Assembly: GCA_965211635.1 (NCBI GenBank)
Contig: OZ242948.1
Location: 2,054,938 to 2,118,937 of the forward strand
Reading direction: 5' to 3'
Length of the DNA stretch: 64,000 nt
DNA from: Dehalococcoidia bacterium
Lineage (GTDB): Bacteria > Chloroflexota > Dehalococcoidia > Bin125
Under the pieces are notes generated by a model, which was not told where the DNA came from, searched no databases, and was given only the letters and a program-made list of their open reading frames with translations. Made by a program: the position numbers and the translations under genes. Of the stretch, positions 42,646 to 52,393 are shown piece after piece. Position 1 is the first letter of the stretch; every line of letters begins with the position of its first letter.

Positions 42646-44162
42646 CGTCCGGTCAGCGAACTGAGCGTGAACAGTCCGCCGATCTGATCAATATTCGGCA
42701 GTTCCGCCACGGTGGGAGCGATGCGGTCGACGAAGGGGTCGGGCCAGACACCCATCGCGACGATTGGGGCGATGAGCACGATGGCGGCGGCGATCTCCCA
42801 GCGCGAGAGTTCCTTGAGATTCTCCCAACGCGGGTTGAAGGGTCCAAGCGCGGCGCGGCCCATCAGTCGCAGCACATAGATTGCGGTCAGCGCGGCGGAG
42901 AGGATGCCCAGCGCGGCGAAGAGCGGGAAGGTATCGATCGTGCCGACGAAGATGTGGAACTCGGCCACGAAGCCCGACAGTCCGGGTAAGCCGAGCGAGG
43001 TGAGGCCGGCGATACCGAAGAAGATCACGAACAACGGCATCTTGCGCACGAGCCCGCCGAACACGCGAATGTCGCGCGTATGCGCCTGGTCATAGAGTCC
43101 ACCGACCATGGCGAAGAAGAGGGCGGTCATCACGCCGTGCGAGAACATCTGCAAGACCGCGCCGTTGACGCCGATGTTGTTCATCGTCCCCAGACCCATC
43201 AGGACGAAGCCCATATGGGAAACGGATGAATAGCCGATCACGAATTTGAGGTCGGTCTGGTGGATCGCCGAGATAGCTCCGTAGACCGCGGCCACGCCGC
43301 CGAGGACGAGCAAGACGGGCATCCAGAAGTCAGTCCCGGCGGGCAGGATTTCCATGCCCAGACGGATGATGCCGAACGCGCCCAGCTTCATCAGCACGCC
43401 CGCGTGCAGCATCGAGACGGCCGTCGGGGCGGCCACGTGGCCATCGGGCGACCAGGTGTGGAAGGGGAAGAGGCCGGCCAGGACTCCGCAGCCGATCATG
43501 AAGAACGGGAAGAACGTGTTGGCGAAGCTGCGCCCGAACTCGATCTCGCGCAGCACGGCCATGTCGAACGTGCCGGCGCCGGCCTCGGCGAAGACGGCGA
43601 AGATGCCGACGAAGATCAGCACGGAGCCGCCGACCAGGACCATGGTCAGCTTCATCGCGCCGTATTCCTTGTTGGTCGAGCCCCAGATCACGATCAACAG
43701 GTACATCGGCAGGACGGCGAGTTCGTAGGCGAAGAACCAGAAGAACAGATCCTGGCCGATGTAGACGCCGTATACGCCGGTGAAGAGCGCCATGAAGAGG
43801 ATGAAGAAGTCCTTGACGCGGTGGGTGATTTTCCAGGAGACGAGCACGCCGGCGAAGCCGACCAGGCCGTTGAGCAGGACCATGGGCGCGGCAATGCCGT
43901 CAACAGCCAGGTGCAGCGAGATGCCGTTCTCGCCGAGGAAGCCGATGTTCTCGATCCAGGGGTACTGGAGGTTGAACTGGTAGCCGCCCTCGGCGAAGTC
44001 GTAGACGGCGAAGATCCAGATCGAGTCGATCAGCGTGGCGGTCGTGGTGATCAAGGCGATCCAGCGCACGACATTGGCGTGCCGCGAGGGCACGAAGATC
44101 GTGAGCAGCATCGCTGCCCCGGGAATCAGCAAGAGCAGGAGGAGAGCTTCACCTGCGTCCAC
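42642..44162 (-). CDS. nuoM: NADH-quinone oxidoreductase subunit M
   Basis: 506 aa antiporter-like subunit. ATGA overlap with nuoN. Confidence 0.9.
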   Translation of the reverse strand: MDAGEALLLLLLIPGAAMLLTIFVPSRHANVVRWIALITTTATLIDSIWIFAVYDFAEGGYQFNLQYPWIENIGFLGENGISLHLAVDGIAAPMVLLNGLVGFAGVLVSWKITHRVKDFFILFMALFTGVYGVYIGQDLFFWFFAYELAVLPMYLLIVIWGSTNKEYGAMKLTMVLVGGSVLIFVGIFAVFAEAGAGTFDMAVLREIEFGRSFANTFFPFFMIGCGVLAGLFPFHTWSPDGHVAAPTAVSMLHAGVLMKLGAFGIIRLGMEILPAGTDFWMPVLLVLGGVAAVYGAISAIHQTDLKFVIGYSSVSHMGFVLMGLGTMNNIGVNGAVLQMFSHGVMTALFFAMVGGLYDQAHTRDIRVFGGLVRKMPLFVIFFGIAGLTSLGLPGLSGFVAEFHIFVGTIDTFPLFAALGILSAALTAIYVLRLMGRAALGPFNPRWENLKELSRWEIAAAIVLIAPIVAMGVWPDPFVDRIAPTVAELPNIDQIGGLFTLSSLTGR

Positions 44163-44193
44163 GCTGTGCGCCTCTTTCTTTCCGTATCGCTCG

Positions 44194-46128
44194 TTATCCG
44201 CGCAGCAGGAAGGCGAGGCCGCCCGCGAGGGCGACGCCGATCACCATGAGCAGCGCATAGTCGGGAATTCGTCCAGTGACGTGGTAGCGCAGCCAGTAGG
44301 CGGCGTAGCGCGTCGCGTCGGCCGGCGCATTGATGCCGGTGTCATTGACGATCATGCGGTCGAACCAGGCCACGACTCGGGCCAGCGGCAGCATCGCGCG
44401 GTCGATGCCCCACTGGTAGGCCTCGTCGAAGTAGAACTTGTTCTCGATCACTGCAGCCAGTCGGGGCTGGAACTCGCGCACGGCCTGGGCGCGATGAGCG
44501 TTTCGTCCCCAGAAGAACCAGTACGCGGTCAAGAATCCGAGCAGTGAGACAGTGCCGGTTACCGCGGCGATCGAGTTGGAGAAGTGGAAGTCGTGGGGCT
44601 CGGGGAAGTAGACGTAGTTGTTGATGCCGCCGGGGAAGCCGAGCGCGTCACCGACCTGGTCGAATGCGACGAACCCGATCAGGAAGGTGAGCACGGCGAG
44701 AAAGACGAGCGGGATCAGGATGGTTGGGGATGCCTCGCGGGCGCGGCGGATCACCGCAATGTCCTTGGGCGGACCGAAGAAGGTGATGATCACCAGCCGC
44801 GCCATGTAGAGCGCCGAGAGGAAAGCGGCGATTCCGAGCAGGATGGCAATGGCGGTGTTGGCGCCGCCAAGCGTGGCGACGAAAATCTCGTCCTTGGAGA
44901 AGAAGCCGGACAGCGGAGGGATGCCGGCCAGCGCGACTGAGGAGATGATGAAGGTCGAGGCGGTCACCGGCATGCGCCACCAGAGTCCGCCGAGCTTGCG
45001 CGCGTCTTGCTCCTCGGTCATGTGGATTACGGATCCGGAGCCGAGGAAGAGACAGGCTTTGAAGAAGGCATGCGTGAGCAGATGGAACATGGCAATGCCG
45101 ACGGCGCCGACCCCCAGGGCGACGAACATGAATCCCAGTTGCGACACAGTGGAGTAGGCGAGCACTCGCTTGATGTCGTTTTGCGCCAGCGCCATCATCC
45201 CTGCGAGCAGCGCGGTAGTCAGGCCGACCGCGAGCACGACGTTGGAGGCGCCCGGGGTGACCTCGAAGACGGGCAGCAGCCGCGCGACCAGGTAGACGCC
45301 GGCAACGACCATGGTGGCGGCGTGGATCAGCGCGGAGACGGGTGTGGGGCCTTCCATCGCGTCGGGCAGCCAGACATGGAAGGGCACCTGGGCCGACTTG
45401 CCGGCCGCGCCCAGGAAGAGCATCAGGGTTGAGAGTGTGAGGTAGCCGTCGCCCATGACCTGGGGCAGGTCGTTGACGCGGCCTGCTTCTGCGGCGGCGA
45501 TGATGTCGGAGATCTGGAAGGACCCGGTTGCGCGCCAGAAGAGGATGATGCCGATAAACAGGCCGACATCGCCCAATCGCGTGGTGACGAACGCCTTCTT
45601 GGCCGCCTCGACGGCGGAGCGGCGCTCGTAGTAGAAGCCAATCAAGAGGAAGGAACAGAGACCGACGCCCTCCCAGGCGACAAACATCAGCAGAAGGTTG
45701 TCGGCCAGGACCAGGGTCAGCATCATCGCCACGAACAGCGAGAGCACGGCGAAATACCACCAGTAGCGCGGCTCGGGACGTCCGTGGTGTCTGAGGTAGT
45801 TGGTCGAGTAGATGTTGACCATCAGCGCCACGGTCGCGACCACGAAGACCATCACCATTGCGATCGAATCGACCGTGAACCCGAGGCGGACGACGAAGCT
45901 GTCGAAGTTGATCCAGTCGGTGCCGACGTTGCGGATTCCACCTAGACCGGCGCCCAGCCAGTCGAGGTGGGATTCAAGCACGAAAAAGAAGAGCACAAAC
46001 ACGGCGAGCGCCGCGCCCACGGAGATGAAGTCGCCGCCGCGCGGCAGCTTGCGACCGAAGAGGAACAGGACGACGAAGGAGATGGCCGGGATCGCCGGCA
46101 AAATCCATGCGTGGTCAGCCCAGATCAT
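44194..46128 (-). CDS. nuoL: NADH-quinone oxidoreductase subunit L
   Basis: 644 aa, longest antiporter-like subunit with C-terminal helix extension. Confidence 0.9.
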   Translation of the reverse strand: MIWADHAWILPAIPAISFVVLFLFGRKLPRGGDFISVGAALAVFVLFFFVLESHLDWLGAGLGGIRNVGTDWINFDSFVVRLGFTVDSIAMVMVFVVATVALMVNIYSTNYLRHHGRPEPRYWWYFAVLSLFVAMMLTLVLADNLLLMFVAWEGVGLCSFLLIGFYYERRSAVEAAKKAFVTTRLGDVGLFIGIILFWRATGSFQISDIIAAAEAGRVNDLPQVMGDGYLTLSTLMLFLGAAGKSAQVPFHVWLPDAMEGPTPVSALIHAATMVVAGVYLVARLLPVFEVTPGASNVVLAVGLTTALLAGMMALAQNDIKRVLAYSTVSQLGFMFVALGVGAVGIAMFHLLTHAFFKACLFLGSGSVIHMTEEQDARKLGGLWWRMPVTASTFIISSVALAGIPPLSGFFSKDEIFVATLGGANTAIAILLGIAAFLSALYMARLVIITFFGPPKDIAVIRRAREASPTILIPLVFLAVLTFLIGFVAFDQVGDALGFPGGINNYVYFPEPHDFHFSNSIAAVTGTVSLLGFLTAYWFFWGRNAHRAQAVREFQPRLAAVIENKFYFDEAYQWGIDRAMLPLARVVAWFDRMIVNDTGINAPADATRYAAYWLRYHVTGRIPDYALLMVIGVALAGGLAFLLRG

Positions 46129-46144
46129 CAGCGCACGCTCCCGC

Positions 46145-46459
46145 TTACCACTTGAGGAGATTCACTTCGTCGACGTTGGCGGTGGCTCGGTTGCGGAAGG
46201 TCCGCACGACGATGCCCAGCGCGAGCGCGACCTCGGCGGCCGCGATCACGATGATGAAGAAGGCGAAGACAATCCCGGTGATGTTGCCGAAGTCGACGTG
46301 ACCATAGACGGCGAAGGCGACCATGTTGAGCGACACGGCGTTGAGCATGAGCTCGACCGAGAGCAGGATCAGTACCGCGTTGCGACGCGTGAGCACGCCC
46401 ATTGCGCCAATGGCGAAGAGCACCGCGTTGACGACGAGGATGTGCTCGAGTGGCGGCAT
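46145..46459 (-). CDS. nuoK: NADH-quinone oxidoreductase subunit K
   Basis: 104 aa, three-TM, MPPLEHILVVNAVLFAIGAMGVLTRRNAVLILLSVELMLNAV. Confidence 0.9.
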   Translation of the reverse strand: MPPLEHILVVNAVLFAIGAMGVLTRRNAVLILLSVELMLNAVSLNMVAFAVYGHVDFGNITGIVFAFFIIVIAAAEVALALGIVVRTFRNRATANVDEVNLLKW

Positions 46460-46977
46460 CAGTTCTCATCCTCGTCTGGTGAGGCGAGCATGATCGCGCC
46501 GTCAAGCGCAATCGAGAGCAGCACGCCGACGATGATGAAGGGCACAATCCAGAGGGTGAAGATGGCGTCGCCAATCGCTTGCAGGCCAACCGGCTCGAAG
46601 GCGGCTGAGGACTCGGGTGTGGTCCAGGTGGTCGCGACGATGCCACCGATTAGTGCGGCCAGCAGGCCAAGCGCAGCGGCGACGCCCAGCGGACGCGAGC
46701 GTCCGAAGAGCGCCTGCGGGCGCTCGCGAGCGCGTGTCAGCATCAACGCGAAGAGGATCAGGATGACGACGGCGGAACCGTAGATCAGGAGCTGGACGAG
46801 GGCGATGAACTCAACCGTGAGGATCAAGTAGATTCCGGCGACGCCGGCGAGCGAGGCAATGAAGAAGAGCGCGGCGTAGACGATGTTACCCACGGTGACC
46901 ACGCCAATCGCGGAGATCAGCATGACCACGGCCAGGATCCAGAACACCACCTGGGTTGCGGTTACGCCGTCCTCCAC
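46459..46977 (-). CDS. nuoJ: NADH-quinone oxidoreductase subunit J
   Basis: 172 aa, VVFWILAVVMLISAIGVVTVGNIVYAALFFIASLAGVAGIYL. Confidence 0.9.
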   Translation of the reverse strand: MEDGVTATQVVFWILAVVMLISAIGVVTVGNIVYAALFFIASLAGVAGIYLILTVEFIALVQLLIYGSAVVILILFALMLTRARERPQALFGRSRPLGVAAALGLLAALIGGIVATTWTTPESSAAFEPVGLQAIGDAIFTLWIVPFIIVGVLLSIALDGAIMLASPDEDEN

Positions 46978-47005
46978 TGGTCCCCTCTCCCTCTGCTCTG
47001 GATGA

Positions 47006-48214
47006 CTAGTCGCCGCCGGCTTCGACCGGGGTGACTTCGGGTGCGGTGATCACGCGCGGCGTGGCCGGCGTGGTCTGTACGGTCCGGGCGCCCTGGCCCT
47101 GCTTGCGGCTCATGATGTAGTAGACCAGTCCGCCGAGCGCGACGAGCAGCCCGAACGAGACCAGGCCCACGACCCAGTCGGCGCCGCCATAGGCGAGGAT
47201 GATGCCGTTGGCGATGACCTGAAGAATGGCGAAGGGCAGCAGAACCTTCCAAGAGAACGACATGAGCTGGTCGATGCGCAGCCGGGGGAAGAGTGCGCGG
47301 GAGCCGATCACGAGCACGATCATGACCGAGGTTTTGACAAAGGTCAGCACGATCTGCAATCCGAGTCCGACATCGGCTCCGAAGGGCCAGTTCCAGCCGC
47401 CAAGGAAGAGCGACGAGGCGAGCACGACGAGCAGGAAGAGCGCGGTGTACTCGGCGAGGAAGAACATACCCCAACGCATGCCGGAGTACTCGACGAAGTA
47501 GCCGCCGACAACCTCAGACTCGGCGATCGGCATGTCGAACGGCGGGCGGTGCAGTTCGGCCAGCATGCCGACGATGAAAATGAAGAAACCAAGCGGCTGC
47601 AGCAGGATGTACGGCGTTGTGGTCTGATCGCCGACGATGGCGTTGATCGATCCGGCGGCAGAAGCGTCGCCGTCAACGGCAAGGCGTCCGGCGGCGACCA
47701 TCACCACCGCGACGACGATCAGCAACATTGGGATTTCGTAGGAGATGGCCTGGGCGGCGGCTCGGACTCCACCGAGCAGGGCGTACTTGTTGTCCGAGCC
47801 CCAGGCGGCCATGACGACGCCGACGATGTTCAGGCCGAGCACGCCGAAGACGAACAGCAGGCCCAGATTAAGGTCGCGGATGAACCAGGTCTCGGTAAAG
47901 GGCATGGGCACGAATACGAGAAAGACCGGGACGAAGGCCATGTAGGGCGCCAGCTCGAAGGCCCAGCGATCGGCCGTGATCGGCCGGACGTCTTCCTTGG
48001 TAATGAGCTTGAGCGCGTCGGCGATTGATTGGAGTGTGCCGACGGGACCGGTGCGGGTTGGACCGACCCGCGCCTGGAAACGCGCAAGGATTTTCCGCTC
48101 GAGGTAGATCAGGGCGAACGCCATGATCGTCATCAGTGCGACGATGAAGATGATGCGCAGCAGCGCATCAATCCAGTCGGGCATGCTGACGCCTGCGAAC
48201 TCGCTCAGGACCAT
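47006..48214 (-). CDS. nuoH: NADH-quinone oxidoreductase subunit H with ~35 aa C-terminal extension
   Basis: LIYLERKILARFQARVGPTRTGPVGTLQSIADALKL, canonical NuoH/ND1. No nuoI gene lies between nuoH and nuoJ. Confidence 0.9.
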   Translation of the reverse strand: MVLSEFAGVSMPDWIDALLRIIFIVALMTIMAFALIYLERKILARFQARVGPTRTGPVGTLQSIADALKLITKEDVRPITADRWAFELAPYMAFVPVFLVFVPMPFTETWFIRDLNLGLLFVFGVLGLNIVGVVMAAWGSDNKYALLGGVRAAAQAISYEIPMLLIVVAVVMVAAGRLAVDGDASAAGSINAIVGDQTTTPYILLQPLGFFIFIVGMLAELHRPPFDMPIAESEVVGGYFVEYSGMRWGMFFLAEYTALFLLVVLASSLFLGGWNWPFGADVGLGLQIVLTFVKTSVMIVLVIGSRALFPRLRIDQLMSFSWKVLLPFAILQVIANGIILAYGGADWVVGLVSFGLLVALGGLVYYIMSRKQGQGARTVQTTPATPRVITAPEVTPVEAGGD

Positions 48215-48289
48215 TTAGCGCATCCCCACCCGCTGTTGCGGCAACTCACGCAGGTTACACGCGATCCGGCTTATGCCCATCCTGTCGGG

Positions 48290-48450
48290 AGGGCCACTGA
48301 TGCCGGGAAATCGAGATTCCCGCCTCCGCGGGAATGACGGAGGTGGAGGCGGGAATGACGGAGGTGGAGGCGGGAATGACGGAGGTGGAGGCGGGAATGA
48401 CGGAGGTGGAGGCGGGAATGCGGGAGGTGGGGGCGGGAATGACGGAGATG
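48290..48450. repeat. Family A hairpin followed by ~5.5 tandem copies of a 21-bp unit (GGAGGTGGAGGCGGGAATGAC), in the nuoD-nuoH spacer
   Basis: GATTCCCGCCTCCGCGGGAATGACGG then GGAGGTGGAGGCGGGAATGAC x5 (last copies degenerate). The antisense ORF 48215..48457 translating as PPPPPSF repeats is an artefact of this array. Confidence 0.7.
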
Positions 48451-48456
48451 GTGGCA

Positions 48457-49620
48457 TTAGCGGTCAACCTCGCAGAGCACGATGTCAATCGAGCCGAGGG
48501 CGACGACGGCGTCGGCGAGGTATGTGTTGAGCACCTGCGGCCTGAGTGACGAGAGGTTGTGAAAGCATGGCGAGCGCATCTTCACACGCCAGGGCTTGTC
48601 GGTGCCGTCGGAGACCATGTAGATGCCGTACTCGCCGCGTGGGTTTTCCTGGCGCATGTAGATCTCGCCGGGTTCCGGGCGCAAGCGGGCGGGCATGCGT
48701 TCGGGCATGATCGGGCCTGAGGTCGGCATCTGCTCGAGCGCCTGGCGGAGGATGGTGACGGACTGGCGCATCTCTTCGAGACGCACGAGGTAGCGGTCGT
48801 AGACGTCGCCGCGCTCGCCCACAGGGATTTCCCAGTGGAAGCGGTCGTAAATCGAGTAGGGCTCGTCGACGCGCAGGTCGAAGGGCACGCCGGAGGCGCG
48901 CAGCATGGGGCCGGTGACGCCGTAGCCAATCGCCTCGTCGGCGGTCATTGCGCCGATGTCGCGGCAGCGGGCGACGAAGACCTCGTTGTTGGTCATCAGC
49001 TCGTCGACGTCGGTGATGCCGACTTCGACCTGGTCGAGGACCCAGTGCGAGTCTTCGACAAAGGTCTCGTGCGGCTCCCAGGCGAGTCCGCCGACGCGGA
49101 AGTAGTTGTACATGATGCGGTCGCCGCAGACGGCCTCGAACAGGTCCTGGATACGCTCGCGCTCCTTGAAGGTCCAGGTGAAGGCGGTGCCGAAGTAGCC
49201 GACGTCGGTGCCGAAGGCGCCCATGAACATGAAGTGCGAAAGGATGCGGTTGAGCTCGGCCAGGATCAGTCGGACGTACTCGGCGCGTTCGGGGATCTCG
49301 ATGCCGGCGAGGCGCTCGACGGCGTTGACGTAGACCCACTCGGAGTTGAAGGCGGCGAGGTAGTCGGTGCGGTCCTGGTAGCCGAGCGCGCCTCGGTAGT
49401 CGAGGTTTTCGGAGAGCTTCTCACCGCCGCGGTGCATGTAACCGATGTAAGGGATGGCGTCCTTAACGATCTCGCCGTCGACGGTGAGGACCATGCGGAA
49501 CACGCCGTGGGTCGCGGGGTGCTGGGGCCCGATGTTGATGTTCATGTCGACGGTCTCGAACTCGCGCTCGACGACAACGGGTTCGGTCAGGACTTCGCCT
49601 TCGAAGGTTTGCTGGACCAC
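48457..49620 (-). CDS. nuoD: NADH-quinone oxidoreductase subunit D (49 kDa)
   Basis: 387 aa, NIGPQHPATHGVFRMVLTVDGEIV... Confidence 0.9.
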   Translation of the reverse strand: MVQQTFEGEVLTEPVVVEREFETVDMNINIGPQHPATHGVFRMVLTVDGEIVKDAIPYIGYMHRGGEKLSENLDYRGALGYQDRTDYLAAFNSEWVYVNAVERLAGIEIPERAEYVRLILAELNRILSHFMFMGAFGTDVGYFGTAFTWTFKERERIQDLFEAVCGDRIMYNYFRVGGLAWEPHETFVEDSHWVLDQVEVGITDVDELMTNNEVFVARCRDIGAMTADEAIGYGVTGPMLRASGVPFDLRVDEPYSIYDRFHWEIPVGERGDVYDRYLVRLEEMRQSVTILRQALEQMPTSGPIMPERMPARLRPEPGEIYMRQENPRGEYGIYMVSDGTDKPWRVKMRSPCFHNLSSLRPQVLNTYLADAVVALGSIDIVLCEVDR

Positions 49621-49643
49621 GCGGTCTTCTCCTTCGTATTCCG

Positions 49644-50642
49644 TTAGTCGCCGCGCAACTGCGCGCGCCTGGCGGCGGCGAGTTCACGGCCGACACGGAT
49701 GCGTTCTGCCTGTGCGGCTGCGCGACCTTCGGGGTCTTCTTCGGCGTCTGGAATGGTGGGTAGCTCGGGCGGCGGCGGCGCGGGGGGTCGGTCGTCCTGA
49801 ACCGGAGCCGCGGACGGCGCGGCCTGGGTCGCCGGGGCGGCAGCCGGAGCAGCCGCCGGGGGCGGCGGCGGAGCGGCGCCTTCGGGTCGGGGCCCTCCGG
49901 CGGGCGGCGCGCCAGCCAGGCGTTCGGCGCGGCGGACGGCCGCCAGTTCTCGGGCGCGGGCGACGCGCTCGGCCTGCTCGGCGCGGCGCTGCTCGCGTTC
50001 TTCCTCGGTCATGTCCTCAACGCGCTTGCGCTCGGGAGCGGCGGCTGTGGGCGTTTCAGCAGCCTCTTCCTCTTCGGCAGGCTCGGGCGGCGGGTGTTGC
50101 TTGGTGAAGAACTCAACGTCGACGCCCTGCTCCATCTCGATCGGCGCGAGTGGATAGCTCTTGCGCAGCGGGTGAATGTCAATGTCTTCGTCGAGCAACA
50201 GGTTGCGTGGGTCGGGATGGCCGATGAACTCGATGCCGAACATCTCGCGGCATTCACGCTCGGCCCAGTCGGCCATCGGATAGAGGTCGGCGACCGATTC
50301 GACGACAGCGCCTTCCGATGGCAGCCAGGACTTGATCGTGACGGCCTGGCGCTGGGGAATCGAGTACAGGTGATAAACGATTTCGAGGCCGCGGTCTTCC
50401 CAGTCGACGGCGGTCTGGTTGCGCAGCAGGTTCATCTGCAGGCGATCGTCGTCGCGGCCGCGCTCGAGCACCTCGTGGATGGCGTCGGAGGGAATGGTCA
50501 GCGCGACGTCGTCGCCCTTGGTCAGGGCTGCCTCGAAGCTGATCAGCGGCATGACCTCGCGATAGGTCTCGGCGATCGAACCGGGCGGCGGCTCGTTGCT
50601 CGTCGGCTCTTCAGGAGCAGCGGGAGTGCGGCGTGACGTCAT
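49644..50642 (-). CDS. nuoC: NADH-quinone oxidoreductase subunit C (30 kDa) with ~150 aa Ala/Pro/Glu-rich C-terminal tail
   Basis: N-terminal ~180 aa NuoC fold (EIVYHLYSIPQRQAVTIKSWL...YPMADWAERECREMFGIEFIGHPD). The tail PPPEPAEEEEAAETPTAAAPERKRVEDMTEEEREQRRAEQ...APPPPPAAAPAAAPATQAAPSAAP... is low complexity. Confidence 0.85.
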   Translation of the reverse strand: MTSRRTPAAPEEPTSNEPPPGSIAETYREVMPLISFEAALTKGDDVALTIPSDAIHEVLERGRDDDRLQMNLLRNQTAVDWEDRGLEIVYHLYSIPQRQAVTIKSWLPSEGAVVESVADLYPMADWAERECREMFGIEFIGHPDPRNLLLDEDIDIHPLRKSYPLAPIEMEQGVDVEFFTKQHPPPEPAEEEEAAETPTAAAPERKRVEDMTEEEREQRRAEQAERVARARELAAVRRAERLAGAPPAGGPRPEGAAPPPPPAAAPAAAPATQAAPSAAPVQDDRPPAPPPPELPTIPDAEEDPEGRAAAQAERIRVGRELAAARRAQLRGD

Positions 50643-50648
50643 AGTCGA

Positions 50649-51221
50649 TCAGTAACCCCGCGCGCGTTCTTCGACGATTTTCTCCTGCAGGGCCAGGAGG
50701 CCGTCGATCAGAGCTTCGGGACGCGGCGGACAGCCGGGAACGTAGACATCCACAGGGACGATGTTGTCGACGCCCTGGACGACGCGGTCGTACTGGGTGT
50801 AGGGGCCGCCGTTGGTGGCGCAGGCGCCCATGGAAATGACCCACTTGGGATGCGGCATTTGCTCGTAGAGCAGCTTGACCGCGGGCGCCATCTTCTTGGT
50901 CACGGTGCCTGCCACGATCATCACGTCGGACTGCCTGGGCGAAGGCCAGGGGACGATGCCGAAGCGGTCGAGGTCGTGGTTGGCCATGTAGGTGGCGATC
51001 ATTTCAATGGCGCAGCAGGCGAGACCGAAGGTCATCGGCCACAACGAAGACTTGCGCGCAGCGGAAATCAGCGCCTCTGCAGGCGCCTGCATCACGCCGG
51101 GGAGGACGACCTTGTAGGGAACGGTGGGCGGCGCGTCATCGACCGCCTGGAGCCGGAGCGATTCGGGGGAGATGATGACGGGCGTCGGGTCGCCCATGTG
51201 TGGTGGCTGAGAGGTCGTCAT
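50649..51221 (-). CDS. nuoB: NADH-quinone oxidoreductase subunit B (20 kDa, N2 cluster)
   Basis: 190 aa, [11 protein letters not shown]...CPPRPEAL; conserved Cys ligands. Confidence 0.9.
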   Translation of the reverse strand: MTTSQPPHMGDPTPVIISPESLRLQAVDDAPPTVPYKVVLPGVMQAPAEALISAARKSSLWPMTFGLACCAIEMIATYMANHDLDRFGIVPWPSPRQSDVMIVAGTVTKKMAPAVKLLYEQMPHPKWVISMGACATNGGPYTQYDRVVQGVDNIVPVDVYVPGCPPRPEALIDGLLALQEKIVEERARGY

Positions 51222-51246
51222 GCGTCCCGTCTCGCTTCGTGTTGCG

Positions 51247-51636
51247 TTAGTTGCGTTGCCAGTCGAAGACGCCCTTGCGCCAAGCGTAGGCCAGCGCGAT
51301 CAGCAGGGTTCCGATGAACAGCACCATCTGCCAGAGAATCACCTTGCCGAACTCTGGCCCGTCCATCAGACCGAGGAACGAAACGGCCCAGGGCAAGAGG
51401 AAGACGACCTCGACATCGAAGACGAGGAACAGCAGGGCGTATGTGTAGTAGCGCACGTGAACCTGGGCCCAGTTGCGCCCGATCGGCAGCATGCCGCACT
51501 CGTAGACCTGTCCCTTGAGCGCGGTGCGGCGCTGAGGCGCGAGCAGCTTGGTCGCCAACAGCGCGGTGAGGACGAGCATGATCCCGACCGGGATCGCGAC
51601 CAGCACTGCGCCGTAGTTCTCGAACAGTTCAGACAC
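51247..51636 (-). CDS. nuoA: NADH-quinone oxidoreductase subunit A
   Basis: 129 aa, YECGMLPIG...[15 protein letters not shown]. Confidence 0.9.
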   Translation of the reverse strand: MSELFENYGAVLVAIPVGIMLVLTALLATKLLAPQRRTALKGQVYECGMLPIGRNWAQVHVRYYTYALLFLVFDVEVVFLLPWAVSFLGLMDGPEFGKVILWQMVLFIGTLLIALAYAWRKGVFDWQRN

Positions 51637-51764
51637 GACTACCTGCCGTCACCCGCACTGGAGATGAGCACCAGATTTCGTGGTGCGAAGAGATCGTACC
51701 CGCGCTCAGTGATCAGGGTCAATGTTTGGCCGAACCAAGCGGGTGCCTATGAGGAGATTTCCGC

Positions 51765-51842
51765 CTGTAGGGGCGCCCCTTGTGCGTGCCCGCGGCATAC
51801 ATCGCCGTCCTACAGGCAGGGCGCCCACAAGGGGCGCCGCTA
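51765..51842. repeat. MITE-like inverted-repeat element, family B (divergent copy), between nuoA and the GNAT gene
   Basis: CTGTAGGGGCGCCCCTTGTGCGTGCCC ... TCCTACAGGCAGGGCGCCCACAAGGGGCGCCGCTAC. Overlaps the GNAT stop codon. Confidence 0.6.
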
Positions 51843-52334
51843 CCGGGACCCATCAGGCAGATCGCGTTCGTACTTGAACTCGACCGTGTCGTTGACGTCG
51901 TCTAGCTTGCGGGTGTCGGACTTGACGTAACCAAGGCGCTCGTAGAGGCGGTGGGCGTCTTCGAAGCGGGTGTCGGACCAGAGTTCAATACGCGAGGCGC
52001 CCTGCTCCCGCGCCCAGTCGACCGCGGTTTCGAAGAGGCGGCGACCAAGACCCTTGCCGCGCAGGTGGGCGTCGAGATAGAGGCGGTGCAGCTCGACGGT
52101 CGGTCCATCGATCCGATTTGCGGCGATCGACCCGACGACCTCGCCCGTGTCGTCGCGCATCACCCACATTGCACCGATCGGTGCGCGGTAGGGAAAGGCG
52201 TGCTCCTCGGACAGCAGGTCCCAGAACTCGTCCTCGGGGTCCCAGATGAAGCCGTATTCGTCGAACACGCGGTGGATCAGTTGGATTACTTCCGGACAGG
52301 CGTCGTGGCCGGTCGGTTCAATCGGGAAGGTCAT
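51840..52334 (-). CDS. GNAT family N-acetyltransferase
   Basis: 164 aa, RLYLDAHLRGKGLGRRLFETAVDWAREQGASRIELWSD (acetyl-CoA binding motif A). Stop codon overlaps a family-B repeat. Confidence 0.8.
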   Translation of the reverse strand: MTFPIEPTGHDACPEVIQLIHRVFDEYGFIWDPEDEFWDLLSEEHAFPYRAPIGAMWVMRDDTGEVVGSIAANRIDGPTVELHRLYLDAHLRGKGLGRRLFETAVDWAREQGASRIELWSDTRFEDAHRLYERLGYVKSDTRKLDDVNDTVEFKYERDLPDGSR

Positions 52335-52393
52335 GGCGCGTTACCCTGCTGACTGAATCGACAGATCTGCATCAGGTTGGTGAGGAGCACGAT

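Noticed and set aside
48338-48445. Possible CRISPR array (regularly spaced 21-bp repeats)
   Set aside because: The units are directly tandem with no unique spacers between them, and no cas genes are nearby. It is a minisatellite-like tandem repeat derived from the family-A element.
48215-48457. ORF 48215..48457 (-) encoding MPPSPSFPPPPPAFPPPPPSFPPPPPSF... as a proline-rich protein gene
   Set aside because: It is simply the translation of the 21-bp tandem array in one frame. It lies in the nuoD-nuoH spacer, has no RBS context, and has extreme low complexity.
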